From positions 1,184,001-1,248,000 of the forward strand of contig OZ241981.1 of the NCBI GenBank assembly GCA_965204345.1: DNA of 64,000 bases. Reading direction: 5' to 3'. Positions 39,235 through 50,856 of this stretch are shown here, piece after piece (position 1 is the first letter of the stretch; every line of letters begins with the position of its first letter). This DNA is from Nitrosopumilus sp. GTDB lineage: Archaea > Thermoproteota > Nitrososphaeria > Nitrososphaerales > Nitrosopumilaceae. The notes beneath the pieces were generated by a model. That model had not been told where the DNA came from, ran no database searches, and worked only from the letters and a program-made list of their open reading frames with translations. Position numbers and translations under genes: made by a program.

Positions 39235-39975
39235 TTAACGTTCTTGAGTTGTAGGTCGAATCAGGATCTCATTTACATTAACGTATGACGGCGAATCAAC
39301 GGCATACAAGATAGCATTTGCAATATCTTCGGCGCGTAAAGATTCCATCTTTTTTGCATTTTCAATGAATCCTTGAAGAGATTCATCAGTGATTGTGTCA
39401 TTAAGTTCTGTGTCAACAACTCCTGGTTCAATACTAGTCACTCTAATGTTAGAGCGAACACTGAATTCCTGTCTGAGGCCCTCACTAAATGCGGCGACTG
39501 CATGCTTTGTTGCACAATAAACACTGCCGGCAGGAAAAACTATTCTTCCAGCTACAGATGAGAGATTAACTATATGACCTGATTTTTTTTCTTTCATGTG
39601 AGAAATTACAGCACCTGTAGAATACAAAACGCCTTTGATATTCACATCTATCATTTTGTCCCATTCATCAACTTTGAGGTTTTTGAAGAAACTCAGAGGC
39701 ATCAAGCCGGCATTATTTACAAGAATATCAATGGAACCCCACTTTTCCAAGACTGCATTAGCAAAATTATCACATTGAGTCCTTTGCGTTACGTCTAATT
39801 TTTGATAAAAAACTTCCCCGCCATCTGCAGATATTTTTTTTGCAAGTTCCTCCAAACGGTCAGCTCTTCTAGCGCCAATAGCAACTTTTGCGCCTGCTTT
39901 TGATAAAGCCAAGGCAGTAGCAAATCCAATCCCACTGCTTGCTCCGGTAATTATAGCAACCTTATCCTTAATCAT
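39235..39975 (-). CDS. SDR-family oxidoreductase (YdfG-like)
   Basis: TGASSGIG, NNAG and YCATK motifs. Confidence 0.93.
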   Translation of the reverse strand: MIKDKVAIITGASSGIGFATALALSKAGAKVAIGARRADRLEELAKKISADGGEVFYQKLDVTQRTQCDNFANAVLEKWGSIDILVNNAGLMPLSFFKNLKVDEWDKMIDVNIKGVLYSTGAVISHMKEKKSGHIVNLSSVAGRIVFPAGSVYCATKHAVAAFSEGLRQEFSVRSNIRVTSIEPGVVDTELNDTITDESLQGFIENAKKMESLRAEDIANAILYAVDSPSYVNVNEILIRPTTQER

Positions 39976-40084
39976 ATGATCCCCAAATCAGAGTAAAGTC
40001 AAACATCGTAAAAACGTTTAGTCGTTAATTTTTCTAAGAAGCAAATACTAGCACCTTTATTAAAAGAAAAATAATAATAGAAAT

Positions 40085-40306
40085 ATGAAATCAGAAAAAT
40101 GTTCATATTGTGGGGATTTGACTGACATGCCATTTCAATGCAATTATTGCAAGGATCCTTTTTGTGCAGAACATAGGCTTCCAGAAGAACACAGATGTGT
40201 AAAACTCAGTCAAATCAGAGCAAAAAGATTTGGTGCAAAAAAAGTAATTCGTGACGGTGGACGTAACAAGCCAAATATTTTAAAACGGATTTTTGGAAGA
40301 AGTTAA
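40085..40306 (+). CDS. AN1-type zinc-finger protein
   Basis: CSYC...CNYC...FCAEHRLPEEHRC. Confidence 0.88.
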   Translation: MKSEKCSYCGDLTDMPFQCNYCKDPFCAEHRLPEEHRCVKLSQIRAKRFGAKKVIRDGGRNKPNILKRIFGRS

Positions 40307-40308
40307 GA

Positions 40309-40593
40309 TCAATATGGGCTTTTTTCTGGAGAAATTTTTGCCCTTCTTCCTTGATAAATCAAGGCAATTGCAAGTGCAAACATAACCATAGCTGTAAACG
40401 GAAAGTTTCGAGGTGCAGGAAGAATAAACCAGTAGTAAACCCCAAACCCAATTGAAACAATAGCTTGCGTCCATAATTTTATCCATTTGGGTGCCTTTAC
40501 TAACCTGCTAACAACTTCTACCAGAAAAATTCCAATTACAGGATAAATTGTGTAAAAAAGAAAATCGATTACATCAACTCCTGTATGAGACAT
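40309..40593 (-). CDS. Small membrane protein
   Basis: Three hydrophobic segments in 94 aa. Confidence 0.7.
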   Translation of the reverse strand: MSHTGVDVIDFLFYTIYPVIGIFLVEVVSRLVKAPKWIKLWTQAIVSIGFGVYYWFILPAPRNFPFTAMVMFALAIALIYQGRRAKISPEKSPY

Positions 40594-40624
40594 ATAATAT
40601 CATAGTAAGGGGTATAATTTCTAT

Positions 40625-41182
40625 CTAATCTTCTAAACGAACCTTGGTTGCAACATTTTTAGCAATTAAAGCCTGAGCGTTTTCATATGGAATTGTAGCT
40701 ATATCTTCAGCTTTAAAAGGGCCGTATTTTTCAAGATCAACTCCTACAATTTCATCTACCTGATTAAGAAACCTTACAACAATTTTCTTTGTTTTATGAT
40801 TTTGAGCTAAGGATTCCAAAAAGTTTGATTTCCCATTAATTATTGCCGAAAGGATCATATCTATTCTTTCCTTTTGATCTTCTTGAGAATCTAGAATGAA
40901 TTTTTCTTCATCCAAAAGATAACTGATGTCGATTTGATCTGATTCTGAAATTTTATCTAATCTGAGTTGTATTAGCAAGGATGTCAATTCTGTAACCATA
41001 TCGATCATGGTGTTTTTGATTTTATTTTCTACGCCGTCAAATTCTTGTTTTCGTAAATTCCCTATAAAACTAGAGAGATTTCTGTAAAAATTTGGATCAA
41101 TTTCCAATATTGAATCACTTTCAGTTTCACGTAAAACTATGTGATGTAAAGAGGCGATATCGATTTGATCTGATTCTGACAT
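40625..41182 (-). CDS. GINS complex subunit (Gins51-like)
   Basis: Helical A domain followed by B domain VVRFL...IVGVDLEKYGPF..EDIATIPYENA. Confidence 0.85.
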   Translation of the reverse strand: MSESDQIDIASLHHIVLRETESDSILEIDPNFYRNLSSFIGNLRKQEFDGVENKIKNTMIDMVTELTSLLIQLRLDKISESDQIDISYLLDEEKFILDSQEDQKERIDMILSAIINGKSNFLESLAQNHKTKKIVVRFLNQVDEIVGVDLEKYGPFKAEDIATIPYENAQALIAKNVATKVRLED

Positions 41183-41236
41183 TTCTTACCTAATCCTTAA
41201 ATGGCTGATGTATTTGTGTTTGATTGAAGTATAAAA

Positions 41237-42697
41237 TTGCCCTATAAAGTCAGTCATGGTAAAGCAATCCAGGTAACATATTCACCAGACGAAGTTTTCT
41301 CTAGAATTCAACACGAAGGCATCCAATTTATCGATCTTCAATTTACAGGTCTTACAGGTCATTTTCACCATACTACGATTTCAGCAAATACGTTTACCCC
41401 AGAACAGATGAGAGATGGATTACCAAAATTAGATGGTTCATCAATCATAGGATTTACCAGTATTGATGATTCAGATTTACTGCTAAAACCTGATCCAAAT
41501 ACATTTGCAATTATTCCTTGGATGACTGAGAATAAGACGGCCAGACTACTATGTGACGTTTACTGGGGGGAAGACCGAGGCAGACTATCAAGAGATCCCA
41601 GAGGAATTTCTCAAAAAGCTGAAGAATACATCAAAACACAAGGTTATGATTTTAGTACATGGGGTCCAGAAGTAGAATTTTTTGTGTTTGATAAAGTACA
41701 CTGGGATGTTCTAACACCATATAAGGGACAGTCATATTCAATTGAATCAAAAGAAGCTCCATGGAATCAGTCAGGTGACGGATACCCTATGGGATTACAA
41801 GAAGGATACTATCCATCTACACCCGCAGATACTCTTACACCATACAGAAATGAATGTGTAAATATTCTCAATACAAATTTTGGAATTCTGTGTGATAACC
41901 ATCATCACGAGGTTGCCACAGCAGGACAATGTGAAATTGATATCAAATATGACTACATGACAAATGCTGCAGATGCTGCACAATCCTACAAGTATGTTAT
42001 TAGAAATGTTGCACAAAAATATGGCAAAGTTGCAACAATGATGCCAAAACCAATTGCGATGGATTCGGGGTCTGGCATGCATGTTAATGTTAGTTTATGG
42101 AAAGGAATAGAAAATGCATTTTATGACCCAGATGATGAGATTGAATTAAGCCAGCTTGGAAGATATTTTTGTGGCGGCATAGTCAACCATGCAAAAGCAC
42201 TTTCTGCAATTTGTAATCCAACTACTAATTCATACCACAGATTGGTTCCAGGATATGAAGCTCCTGCTTACATTGCTTGGAGTTCAGGAAATCGTTCTGC
42301 GATAGTAAGAGTTCCAAAACATCTCAAAGGTAAAAAATATTCAAATCTAAAAAGATTGGAATTTAGGGCGCCGGATCCCTCATCAAACCCATACCTTGTC
42401 TTTGCAGCAGTAGCAGCAGCGGGATTAGACGGAGTAAAGAAAAAGATGGATCCCGGAGATGAAGTTCGGGATGATATATTCAAAATGACAAAATCTGATA
42501 GAATGAAAAGAGGAATTGGAGTTCTTCCAAAAAGTCTGGGTGAAGCATTGGATGAACTAGAAAGTGATAGAAAATTCCTCAGTCCAATTTACACTAATGA
42601 TGTAGTAGACAAAATTATCGAGTTAGAAAGAAGAGATCAGCGGGAAATAGCAATCAGGCCGCATCCGCATGAGTTTTATCTGTACTTTGATGTTTAG
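41237..42697 (+). CDS. glnA: Type I glutamine synthetase (copy 2)
   Basis: DGSSI, GPEVEFF, HHEVATAGQCEI, GSGMH, NSYHRLVPGYEAP and RLEFRAPDP motifs. Confidence 0.95.
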   Translation: MPYKVSHGKAIQVTYSPDEVFSRIQHEGIQFIDLQFTGLTGHFHHTTISANTFTPEQMRDGLPKLDGSSIIGFTSIDDSDLLLKPDPNTFAIIPWMTENKTARLLCDVYWGEDRGRLSRDPRGISQKAEEYIKTQGYDFSTWGPEVEFFVFDKVHWDVLTPYKGQSYSIESKEAPWNQSGDGYPMGLQEGYYPSTPADTLTPYRNECVNILNTNFGILCDNHHHEVATAGQCEIDIKYDYMTNAADAAQSYKYVIRNVAQKYGKVATMMPKPIAMDSGSGMHVNVSLWKGIENAFYDPDDEIELSQLGRYFCGGIVNHAKALSAICNPTTNSYHRLVPGYEAPAYIAWSSGNRSAIVRVPKHLKGKKYSNLKRLEFRAPDPSSNPYLVFAAVAAAGLDGVKKKMDPGDEVRDDIFKMTKSDRMKRGIGVLPKSLGEALDELESDRKFLSPIYTNDVVDKIIELERRDQREIAIRPHPHEFYLYFDV

Positions 42698-42972
42698 GTT
42701 CTTCCTGTAAACTGAAAAATATAGAACAGAGATATTGACATTAAGGCAAAGCCCCCTGCCAGAAATATTGCCCTTTTATTTTCAGATGTAGCGGCCCTGT
42801 ATAACAGAACACTGCCTGCAAGACCTACAAATAATATTATGGTACCGGCAATCACACCATCAAAACTTGTGTTAGTAATTAGTGGGTGAAAAAATCCTGC
42901 AAGTAATCCAAAAAATGCAATTAGGTAAACATATTTGAATCCAGTTAGTATCTTTGAGGATGTTTTATTCAA
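42694..42972 (-). CDS. Small membrane protein
   Basis: Three TM segments in 92 aa. Confidence 0.7.
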   Translation of the reverse strand: MNKTSSKILTGFKYVYLIAFFGLLAGFFHPLITNTSFDGVIAGTIILFVGLAGSVLLYRAATSENKRAIFLAGGFALMSISLFYIFQFTGRT

Positions 42973-43028
42973 TGCTATTTTTGTAAGTTAAGTTGGCAAT
43001 TAAAGTTTTGAAATATTTTTTCAAATAA

Positions 43029-44729
43029 CTACATCATGCCGCCCATATCAGGCATTCCACCCATCCCGCCCATTCCAGGTGGCATTCCACCCATTCCAGG
43101 TGGCATTCCGCCTTCTCCACCGGGTGGTCCTCCAGCAGACTTTTGGGTGGCAATAACATCATCAATTCTAAGAATCATAGATGCTGCCTCTGCTGCTGCC
43201 GAAACAATCTGAAGTTTAACTGCCAATGGTTCAATGATATCACTGGATTTCATATTAGCAATTTTTGATTTCATTACATCAATGCCAGTCCATTTTTCTC
43301 CTTTCTGTTGTTTGGAACGAAGAAGCGTAAGAGTATCAATTGGATCCATTCCTGCATTTTCTGCAAGTGTGATTGGAATTTCTTCTAATGAATCAGCAAA
43401 CTTTTCTGCTGCAAGTTGATCTCTGCCTTCCAAGGATTTGGCCCAACTTCTGAGTTTTGTTGCAGCAAATGTTTCTGGAGCCCCACCACCTGCAACAATT
43501 TCAGGTTTTAAAATTACGTCTTTTACAACCATTAATGCATCATGAACTGAACGTTCAACCTCATCAACTACTCTTTGTGAGCCTGCACGCAAAAGTAATG
43601 TGACTGATTTTGGATGTTTGCATCCCTCAACAAATACCCATTTGTCTTCTTCAATTTTTCTTTCTTCTACAAGTTCAGCAGAACCAAGATCTTTTTCAAA
43701 CAGATCATCCAAGTTTGTAATAATTCGAGCGCCCGTCGCTTTTGCAAGCTTGGTAAGATCACTTTCTTTAATTCTTCTAACAGCAATAATTCCAGCTTTT
43801 GCTAGATAATGTTGAGCCATGTCGTCTAGTCCTTTTTGGCATAAAACCACATTTGCACCAGAACCAATGACTTTGTCAACCATTGTTTTGAGCATTCTAT
43901 TTTCTTCATCCAAAAATGATTTTAGCTGTTGAGGATTTGAAATGTTGATTTTGGCATCAGTTTCTGTTTTACTAATTTCTAATGCAGTGTTAATTAATGC
44001 AATTTTGGCATCGGTGATTTTTCTAGGCATGCCTCCATGAACAATTTCTTTGTCAAGAACAACACCCTGAATAACCATAGAATCTTTGATGGAACATCCT
44101 GCTTTCTTTTCCACTTTAATATCATCAATATCAACATCAAAACTTTCGCCTGTTTTTTCAGAGACGGCAAGGACTGACTTTACAATAATATCTGCAAGCT
44201 GATCAGAATCTTTTCTAACAAGTTTTGTTTGCATTGAAGTTTTGGCAATCTTTTTTAGAATGTTTTTATCGTTTGCAGAGATTGTATCGGCAATAGTTTC
44301 TAGATATTCTTTTGCTTTTCTTGCAGCTTTTCTATATCCATCAACAATAATGGTTGGATGCACATCTTGATCAATTAATGATTCAGCCTGTGAAAGTAAT
44401 GCACCAGCTAGTACAACTGCAGAAGTAGTACCATCTCCAACTTCATTATCTGTAGTTTTAGAGATTTCAACTAGCATCTTTGCTGCAGGATGTTGCACGT
44501 CAATTTCTTTTAAGATGGTTGCACCGTCATTTGTAATCGTAACATCGCCCAGTGAGTCAACTAGCATCTTGTCCATGCCTCGTGGACCAAGACTGGTATG
44601 AACTATTTCGGCAATAATTTTAGCTGCTGCAATGTTATTTTTTTGAGCTTCCCGCCCTTTGGTTTCAGAACCGCCTTCTTTTAGCAAAACAACGGGCATA
44701 TTTCCCTTTGAAGTTGCCTGCATTCCCAT
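43029..44729 (-). CDS. thsB: Thermosome (group II chaperonin) subunit
   Basis: [24 protein letters not shown] and a GGM-rich C-terminal tail; alpha/beta assignment uncertain. Confidence 0.93.
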   Translation of the reverse strand: MGMQATSKGNMPVVLLKEGGSETKGREAQKNNIAAAKIIAEIVHTSLGPRGMDKMLVDSLGDVTITNDGATILKEIDVQHPAAKMLVEISKTTDNEVGDGTTSAVVLAGALLSQAESLIDQDVHPTIIVDGYRKAARKAKEYLETIADTISANDKNILKKIAKTSMQTKLVRKDSDQLADIIVKSVLAVSEKTGESFDVDIDDIKVEKKAGCSIKDSMVIQGVVLDKEIVHGGMPRKITDAKIALINTALEISKTETDAKINISNPQQLKSFLDEENRMLKTMVDKVIGSGANVVLCQKGLDDMAQHYLAKAGIIAVRRIKESDLTKLAKATGARIITNLDDLFEKDLGSAELVEERKIEEDKWVFVEGCKHPKSVTLLLRAGSQRVVDEVERSVHDALMVVKDVILKPEIVAGGGAPETFAATKLRSWAKSLEGRDQLAAEKFADSLEEIPITLAENAGMDPIDTLTLLRSKQQKGEKWTGIDVMKSKIANMKSSDIIEPLAVKLQIVSAAAEAASMILRIDDVIATQKSAGGPPGGEGGMPPGMGGMPPGMGGMGGMPDMGGMM

Positions 44730-44825
44730 AAATACAAAAACTCCCTACTCCCCTTTTATATCTTGCAGATCAGGATTGCTGATTTTCAAAAATAATATCG
44801 GTGTTTTTAAATTGGGAAAATCAAG

Positions 44826-46157
44826 ATGAAAAATATGGCTAAATCACAAAACCGCCAGTCTTATGATAAAATTTTTACAAAATTAAAAGATCATCACAAA
44901 TGGTTTGAGAATTCAATTCCGTTAATTGCAAGCGAAAATATTCCCAGCCCTGCAGTAAGAGAAGCAATAATTTCTGATTTTGGAAATAGATATGCTGAAG
45001 GATGGCCCGGTGAAAGAGTTTACGCAGGATGCGTGTACATTGATGATGTAGAGTTTGAATGTATGAAATTAGCTAAGAAATTATACAAAGCAAAATTTGC
45101 AGATGTACGGCCAATATCAGGAGTAGTTGCAAATTTGGCAGTATACTCTGGATTTACAAATCCTGGAGATATTATGTTAGCACCCTCAATTCCTGCCGGG
45201 GGACATATTTCACATGGTAAAAAGGAACATTCAGGTACGGCAGGATTGGTTCATGGATTAGAAATTGAATTTTATCCGTTTGATGCTGAAGAAATGACAA
45301 TTGATGTTGAAAAAACAAAGCAGAAAATAAAAGATCTTAAAAAAGCAAATCGTCTTCCAAAAATGGCAATGTTTGGCGGTTCGTTGTTTTTGTTTCCGCA
45401 TCCTGTCAAAGAATTATCAGATTTTTTGAAAAGTTATGACATGCATATCAATTATGATGCTGCACATGTTGCAGGATTAATTGCCGGCAGAAAATTCCAA
45501 GACCCGCTTCGAGAAGGTGCAGATACAATGACTATGAGCACTCATAAGACTCTGTTTGGACCCCAGGGGGGACTCGTTTTGGGTTCTAAAGAGCATGAAG
45601 AGATTATCAAAAAGGCAACGTTTCCTGGTCTGACTAGCAGTCATCATATTCACCATATGGCTGGAAAAGCAATTGCTTTTGCAGAAGCCTTGGAGTTTGG
45701 AAAAGATTATGCTGCCGAAGTAATCAAAAATGCCAAGGCTTTTGCAGAAGCTTTGAGCGATGCAGGCTTTAAGGTGTTAGGAGAAAGCAGGGGATTCACA
45801 CAATCACATCAGGTTGCAGTTAATGTATTAGATTATTCTGATGGTGGCAAAGTGGAAGCAAGCTTGGAGAAAGCAAACATCATAGTAAACAGGCAGCTGA
45901 TTCCAGGAGATATCAAAGCTGGAAGAAACTATTTTCATCCTGGTGGAATTAGATTGGGAGTATCTGAAATTACACGGCTTGGGATGAAAAAAGATCAAAT
46001 ACAAGAAATTGCGGCATACATTAAGCAAGTTGTGATTGAAAAGAAGGATCCAAAGAAATTACTGCCAAAGGTTAAGGCATTAAGAAAGGATTATCAAAAA
46101 ATCAAATTCTGTTTTGACAACAAACTTGGCGGATACGAGTACGTTAAACTAAGATAA
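44826..46157 (+). CDS. glyA: Serine hydroxymethyltransferase
   Basis: LIASEN, YAEGWPG, GGHISH and STHKTLFGPQGG motifs. Confidence 0.95.
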   Translation: MKNMAKSQNRQSYDKIFTKLKDHHKWFENSIPLIASENIPSPAVREAIISDFGNRYAEGWPGERVYAGCVYIDDVEFECMKLAKKLYKAKFADVRPISGVVANLAVYSGFTNPGDIMLAPSIPAGGHISHGKKEHSGTAGLVHGLEIEFYPFDAEEMTIDVEKTKQKIKDLKKANRLPKMAMFGGSLFLFPHPVKELSDFLKSYDMHINYDAAHVAGLIAGRKFQDPLREGADTMTMSTHKTLFGPQGGLVLGSKEHEEIIKKATFPGLTSSHHIHHMAGKAIAFAEALEFGKDYAAEVIKNAKAFAEALSDAGFKVLGESRGFTQSHQVAVNVLDYSDGGKVEASLEKANIIVNRQLIPGDIKAGRNYFHPGGIRLGVSEITRLGMKKDQIQEIAAYIKQVVIEKKDPKKLLPKVKALRKDYQKIKFCFDNKLGGYEYVKLR

Positions 46158-46159
46158 AT

Positions 46160-49100
46160 TTACGCGTAATCAGTAAGCAGTGATTGATCACCCTGACTCT
46201 TACCAAATACTAATTCAATCTCATCAGATAAAGCATGGATTCTTCCTCGTTGATATTGCCCAACATCATATTTCTCAACTAGTCTTTTTGCAAGCTTTAG
46301 ATATTTTTCAACAGAGCCCCTTGTGATCGTTGCAATTAATTTATGTCCACAAACACATGATTGAATCAATGGCATGCGGCGAAATAATTTGCCACATGCT
46401 GTACATCTGAAATTTTGTCTTGCATATGCCCTAAGATTTCCCATTAAATCAGGAACAAGATGTGTCGAAATTACATTTGAAACAATTTCAGATGTGTCAA
46501 CTACATTAATTAATTCGGCATTTCTGACTTGCATATCAAATTTATCAAGCATGGAGCCAAGGGTTGAATATGCACTTCTTGATTTGGAAGTAGTCAAAGA
46601 GGAGGTTGTATGTGTAAAATGATAATCATAAAATTGTCTTGCAGTATCCAAGCGTGATTTGATTATCTCAACTGATGTTACATCTGAGGATTTGATTTCT
46701 TTGAACGTAGATTCAAAAAATTCTAATGGCAATATTTTTGTGACTTCTAAATTATGAGCTTGTGGTTGTGATTCATGCGGCAGCACATGAGGTTGAACAA
46801 GTAATGGCGCGTCCATTAATCCGCCTATTCGATCAGAAAGAAATTGTCTTGAAAAATTAAGAAGACCGTCCATTAGAAGTATTATAGAATCTGCATCACC
46901 ATCAGCATCCCTTCTTTTAGCTGAATGCCAATTTGGGGTTCCAAAACAAACATGTGTTTCGGTATAACCAATTATTCTTCCAACAATTCCCACAGAGGTG
47001 TGTGGGGCCAAACCAATTATCAGATGCCCCAAAAGTTCTTCCGAATTTTTTACGTTGTAAAAGGGTGATTTCCCATAAAATTTCTGTAAGAGAACATCAA
47101 TGTATTTACAAGTTGAAACTAAATAATTTCCACTTTCATACGGAATCACTACGTCTTGCATACGAAGTTCTAGAATCTGATCAGTTGATTCAAGTGGGTT
47201 TCCTTCAATGTCATGAGAATACCCAAGTTCTTTTAGTTTTGCAACGGATGTTCCTATCCAGGAGGGCTTGAATTGTGTCAATGGAGAATTTGTCGCATCA
47301 AATCTTACTGTTCCATCTTTGAAAGTGGTCAGCCCAAAGTTTTGTCTAACAAGACCCTTTTCAAGCGGCTCTGCAATTTTGTCTTGATTGATTAGTTCTT
47401 TGACTCCTTTGAATGGTTCCTTTACACGAATGCCCATCTTTTCTTGAGCCAAAAGTAATCTCTTCTTTAACGGGAAATCCTTATGAGAATGGGAAAAAGC
47501 TTTGCGTTTGCATTTTTCACAAAACGGTTCCTCAAGCGTATCTCTACAGTTAGAACATCTGTATGTGACTGATGTCTTTGTACCACAAATGGAACATTTT
47601 ATTCCAATGGATGGCTGTTCGCATTTAGTACAGTGCCTATTGTAAATACTTGTAAAAAAATGCTCAGTTCTAGAGGCTCTAAGAATATCTCTTGTAGGTC
47701 CGCCCTTATCACTAATTGGAAATAATACGTGTGTGGGAGGCTTCATTTGTCTAGGTGCAGCTTTTTCAGGTCTTCCTATTCTAACCCCAATACTTGTTGA
47801 AAATTTATTATTAATCTGAATTCCAGATGCTTTTGTCAAGATCTTTGGGACGGACAAATCACCAATGACAGGTCTGTGCCTGAACAGAAGATTAAAGAAA
47901 ATTTTTGCTTCTTGGTGCTCAAGTATTACTGAATTATTTTGAATTTTGTGGGGGGTTCCAAGATTTTCAAGAATTTGTTTTGCTTTAATTGAGTACTCAA
48001 CAGAAGTTTCTGTAACACTGTTTGGCTCTAATAATACGGTTAATTCTTTAGAAGATATTCTATCCCAGAAATACAAGTAGTGAGGATGTAATGGAATTTT
48101 AAAATCAAGTGATATTTTTAATGCTTCATCTATTGTGGGGATTCTATTCAAAAATTGGTTTAGGTATTGATCATCAGGTTCGTATTTTTGAATTTTTTGT
48201 TTTAGTTCTTCGACCCAAAATTCTTCAACATATCCTGATGGTACTAGCTGAGCATTATTTTCAAGAAAGTCTCCAAATGAAATCAGTATATCGCCAAGAT
48301 GAAGAATTTTTTCAATGTTATTTTTGATTTCTAATCCATGTTTTACATCTCTAATTTTTACGACACTTCCGTTATTGAGACGTACAGTGGGTGTATCAAT
48401 GGAATCAACAAAAGCTATAGTTGCGCCCTTACCAGGAATGTCTATTTTGATTTGAGTTCCTACGGCAATGGTGTGATCTAAAATCTCAGCAATGACAGGA
48501 TGAATGCCAACAGCTGCAAATCCGGTATTGCATGCTCTTCCATACCTCAGACGGAAGCCGCCTAGTTTGTTAGGCATGGATAATACGGATCTGCCAGTAA
48601 TCACTTCACGCATTCGTTTTGCGGCTGCTGCTTCTTGATCGTCTCCGGTTTGAACGGCACCCTTTAGGTCATTAAGCCATTCCCAACCATCCAGATTATA
48701 CAATTCAATTCTTTTGAGGAGCTTTTTTGATCTTCCAATTAATCCGTCATTTAATACACGCAAAGCCCCGCCTCTGACCCGATCTGTCTGAATTCGTGCC
48801 ATCGATTTATGGTTGACAACTTCATAAGGATCAGTATCTACGCCGGCTAGCTCAACTGGCAGATTGGAAATGACATGTTCAATATCTTCATCTAAGATAT
48901 GAAATTGAAAACTGCCAGCCTCCCTTTCATAGATTCTTAATTCTTCAATAAATCTTCCTGTTTCATCATCAAATGAATTGGCTTGAAATTTTGACAATCC
49001 CGCTATTTTTCTAACATGATCTGCAATAAGCAGAGTTACTGCAGATTCTGTTCCCCCAGCAGAACGCATTGGCCCGGCAATTGATACTGAGAGATATTCT

Positions 49101-49537
49101 GTTCCATCTTTATTTTTCTTAATTTTTACTTCACTAATGCCTTGTAATGGTGCAATAGTGACACCTTCAGTAATTATTGCTAATCCTACACGAACTGCAA
49201 GATCTAGTTTGTCTTCTAAAGTGGCATCTGGTAAACAATATCGGCCTGAAGCAATTTCTTTTGCTAAAATTAATGCAGAAAGCTCTTTTCCGTTAGTTCT
49301 TAGAGTTTCTCTTAAAGGATCTGCAATGTCAATTTCGTGCATTTTTGCAACCCTATCAGCCAAATCAAAAGCAATTCTTGGCTCTATAATTCCAGAAGAA
49401 TCTATCAAACTAGACTTTGCAGCAGCTGCATGCTCAAATATTGAGGAGGTTTCAGTGGAAAGATTAGAATAATAAGTAAGATAGTAATCTGGCATTTCAA
49501 TATCGCTAATTCGGGATATTGCATCATTTTCAGACAT
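46160..49537 (-). CDS. polC: DNA polymerase D large subunit DP2
   Basis: AGPMRSAGGT, GGFRLRYGR, KRRDADGDAD catalytic motif and Zn fingers; no intein seen. Confidence 0.96.
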   Translation of the reverse strand: MSENDAISRISDIEMPDYYLTYYSNLSTETSSIFEHAAAAKSSLIDSSGIIEPRIAFDLADRVAKMHEIDIADPLRETLRTNGKELSALILAKEIASGRYCLPDATLEDKLDLAVRVGLAIITEGVTIAPLQGISEVKIKKNKDGTEYLSVSIAGPMRSAGGTESAVTLLIADHVRKIAGLSKFQANSFDDETGRFIEELRIYEREAGSFQFHILDEDIEHVISNLPVELAGVDTDPYEVVNHKSMARIQTDRVRGGALRVLNDGLIGRSKKLLKRIELYNLDGWEWLNDLKGAVQTGDDQEAAAAKRMREVITGRSVLSMPNKLGGFRLRYGRACNTGFAAVGIHPVIAEILDHTIAVGTQIKIDIPGKGATIAFVDSIDTPTVRLNNGSVVKIRDVKHGLEIKNNIEKILHLGDILISFGDFLENNAQLVPSGYVEEFWVEELKQKIQKYEPDDQYLNQFLNRIPTIDEALKISLDFKIPLHPHYLYFWDRISSKELTVLLEPNSVTETSVEYSIKAKQILENLGTPHKIQNNSVILEHQEAKIFFNLLFRHRPVIGDLSVPKILTKASGIQINNKFSTSIGVRIGRPEKAAPRQMKPPTHVLFPISDKGGPTRDILRASRTEHFFTSIYNRHCTKCEQPSIGIKCSICGTKTSVTYRCSNCRDTLEEPFCEKCKRKAFSHSHKDFPLKKRLLLAQEKMGIRVKEPFKGVKELINQDKIAEPLEKGLVRQNFGLTTFKDGTVRFDATNSPLTQFKPSWIGTSVAKLKELGYSHDIEGNPLESTDQILELRMQDVVIPYESGNYLVSTCKYIDVLLQKFYGKSPFYNVKNSEELLGHLIIGLAPHTSVGIVGRIIGYTETHVCFGTPNWHSAKRRDADGDADSIILLMDGLLNFSRQFLSDRIGGLMDAPLLVQPHVLPHESQPQAHNLEVTKILPLEFFESTFKEIKSSDVTSVEIIKSRLDTARQFYDYHFTHTTSSLTTSKSRSAYSTLGSMLDKFDMQVRNAELINVVDTSEIVSNVISTHLVPDLMGNLRAYARQNFRCTACGKLFRRMPLIQSCVCGHKLIATITRGSVEKYLKLAKRLVEKYDVGQYQRGRIHALSDEIELVFGKSQGDQSLLTDYA

Positions 49538-49549
49538 AATATTTCCCTA

Positions 49550-50302
49550 CTACTTACTTCTTTGAATTGCTTTTGTTATTTTTTCGAGTTTTGTAAGGCT
49601 GCCGCCTTTTTCAAGGAAGGTTCCTATAACTAGAGCATCTGCTCCTGCTTTAACTAGACTGGCAGCAGTTTTTTCATCTTTAATTCCTCCACCAACAATC
49701 AAAAATCCGTCAAAAGCATGCCTAACTGTCTTTACCATTTCTGGTGTAACGTTGGTTTTAGCACCAGAGCCTGCTTCAAGATATACAAATCTCATTCCAA
49801 GGAATTGAGCCGCCAGTGAGTATGCGGCTGCAATTTTTGGTTTTTCAAATGGTATTCCCCTTGCAGAGCCAACAAACCAAGCTGATGTTCCATCTCCAAT
49901 TACTAAATATGCCGTTGGAAGGGGTTCCAGACCGAATTTGAGAACGCTTGTAGCGCCCAAAGCTTGAGCTTGAGTGATAAAATAGGGATTTTCAGAGTTC
50001 ATTAGAGAACTAAACAGTATGGCATCAGCGTCAGGAACAATTCCAGTAACATTACCGGGAAATAGTATGATTGGAATTTTCAGGCCTATTTTAATACCTT
50101 TGACAATTTGGGCCATCTCTATTTGATCAGTAGTAGAGGAGCCTCCCACTAGAATTGCAGATGCTCCAATCTTTTCAACATCCTTAGCAAGTTTGCTTGA
50201 TGCCTCTAAATTTGACACTTCTGAATCAATTAATACAAAAAGTAATGCATTTTTCTTTTTTAATTCTGATTTTAAGAACGATTCAACCCTGTCTCCAGCC
50301 AT
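49550..50302 (-). CDS. Geranylgeranylglyceryl phosphate synthase
   Basis: LVGGS, ILFPGN, YLEAGSGA and IVGGGI motifs of the PcrB/GGGPS family. Confidence 0.93.
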   Translation of the reverse strand: MAGDRVESFLKSELKKKNALLFVLIDSEVSNLEASSKLAKDVEKIGASAILVGGSSTTDQIEMAQIVKGIKIGLKIPIILFPGNVTGIVPDADAILFSSLMNSENPYFITQAQALGATSVLKFGLEPLPTAYLVIGDGTSAWFVGSARGIPFEKPKIAAAYSLAAQFLGMRFVYLEAGSGAKTNVTPEMVKTVRHAFDGFLIVGGGIKDEKTAASLVKAGADALVIGTFLEKGGSLTKLEKITKAIQRSK

Positions 50303-50366
50303 AAAGGTGGTCTGTGTATGTCTCTTTAAAGTTTAATTGGAATGCTGTATACAGATTTGTATAGCT

Positions 50367-50729
50367 ATGGACAAGTTAGAAGAATCTAATTTTAACAATA
50401 TTATGCGTAAAATTATCAAAAAATCACTGTTTACAGAGCGACAAGTTGAAATTATTTTAAATCAGAAGGATCTTCTAGAATCTGATTTTTCTATAACAAA
50501 GGGTGCGTATTACAGGCAGGTTGGGCAGTCTAGAGACAAATTAATTGGATTGTTCTATTCAATCATACTTTTTCGTGGTTTAGGCATACTTTTGCCTGAT
50601 GATATAGATGTGATATCAAAACTTTCTGAACAGGTGAGTGTGATAAATAAGAGTGATATTTTCCCTGAAAGGGAAGATGAAGTGATGAGTTTGATTGATA
50701 GGTCCATTCGTCAGGCATGTAATATGTAA
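50367..50729 (+). CDS. Hypothetical protein (Tfx-like)
   Basis: Likely ATG 50367 within track ORF 50337..50729; SLFTERQ...ITKGAYYR pattern. Confidence 0.65.
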   Translation: MDKLEESNFNNIMRKIIKKSLFTERQVEIILNQKDLLESDFSITKGAYYRQVGQSRDKLIGLFYSIILFRGLGILLPDDIDVISKLSEQVSVINKSDIFPEREDEVMSLIDRSIRQACNM

Positions 50730-50856
50730 AGAGTGTGATATTGTTGTGTGGGTTGTTTTTAGATTCTTTGTGATAGTTTATGTGAGTTTGTTAATCTAAA
50801 GTGTGAATTATTGTTGTTCAATCACGATAAATCACGTCTTAGGCACAAATATTGTG

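Noticed and set aside
43029-43130. Tandem GGCATTCCACCCATTCCAGGT-type repeats
   Set aside because: They encode the ordinary GGM/PPGM tail of the thermosome; not a CRISPR array or other DNA-level repeat
46160-49537. Possible intein in PolD DP2
   Set aside because: Length of 1125 aa is normal and no intein splice or LAGLIDADG motifs were seen
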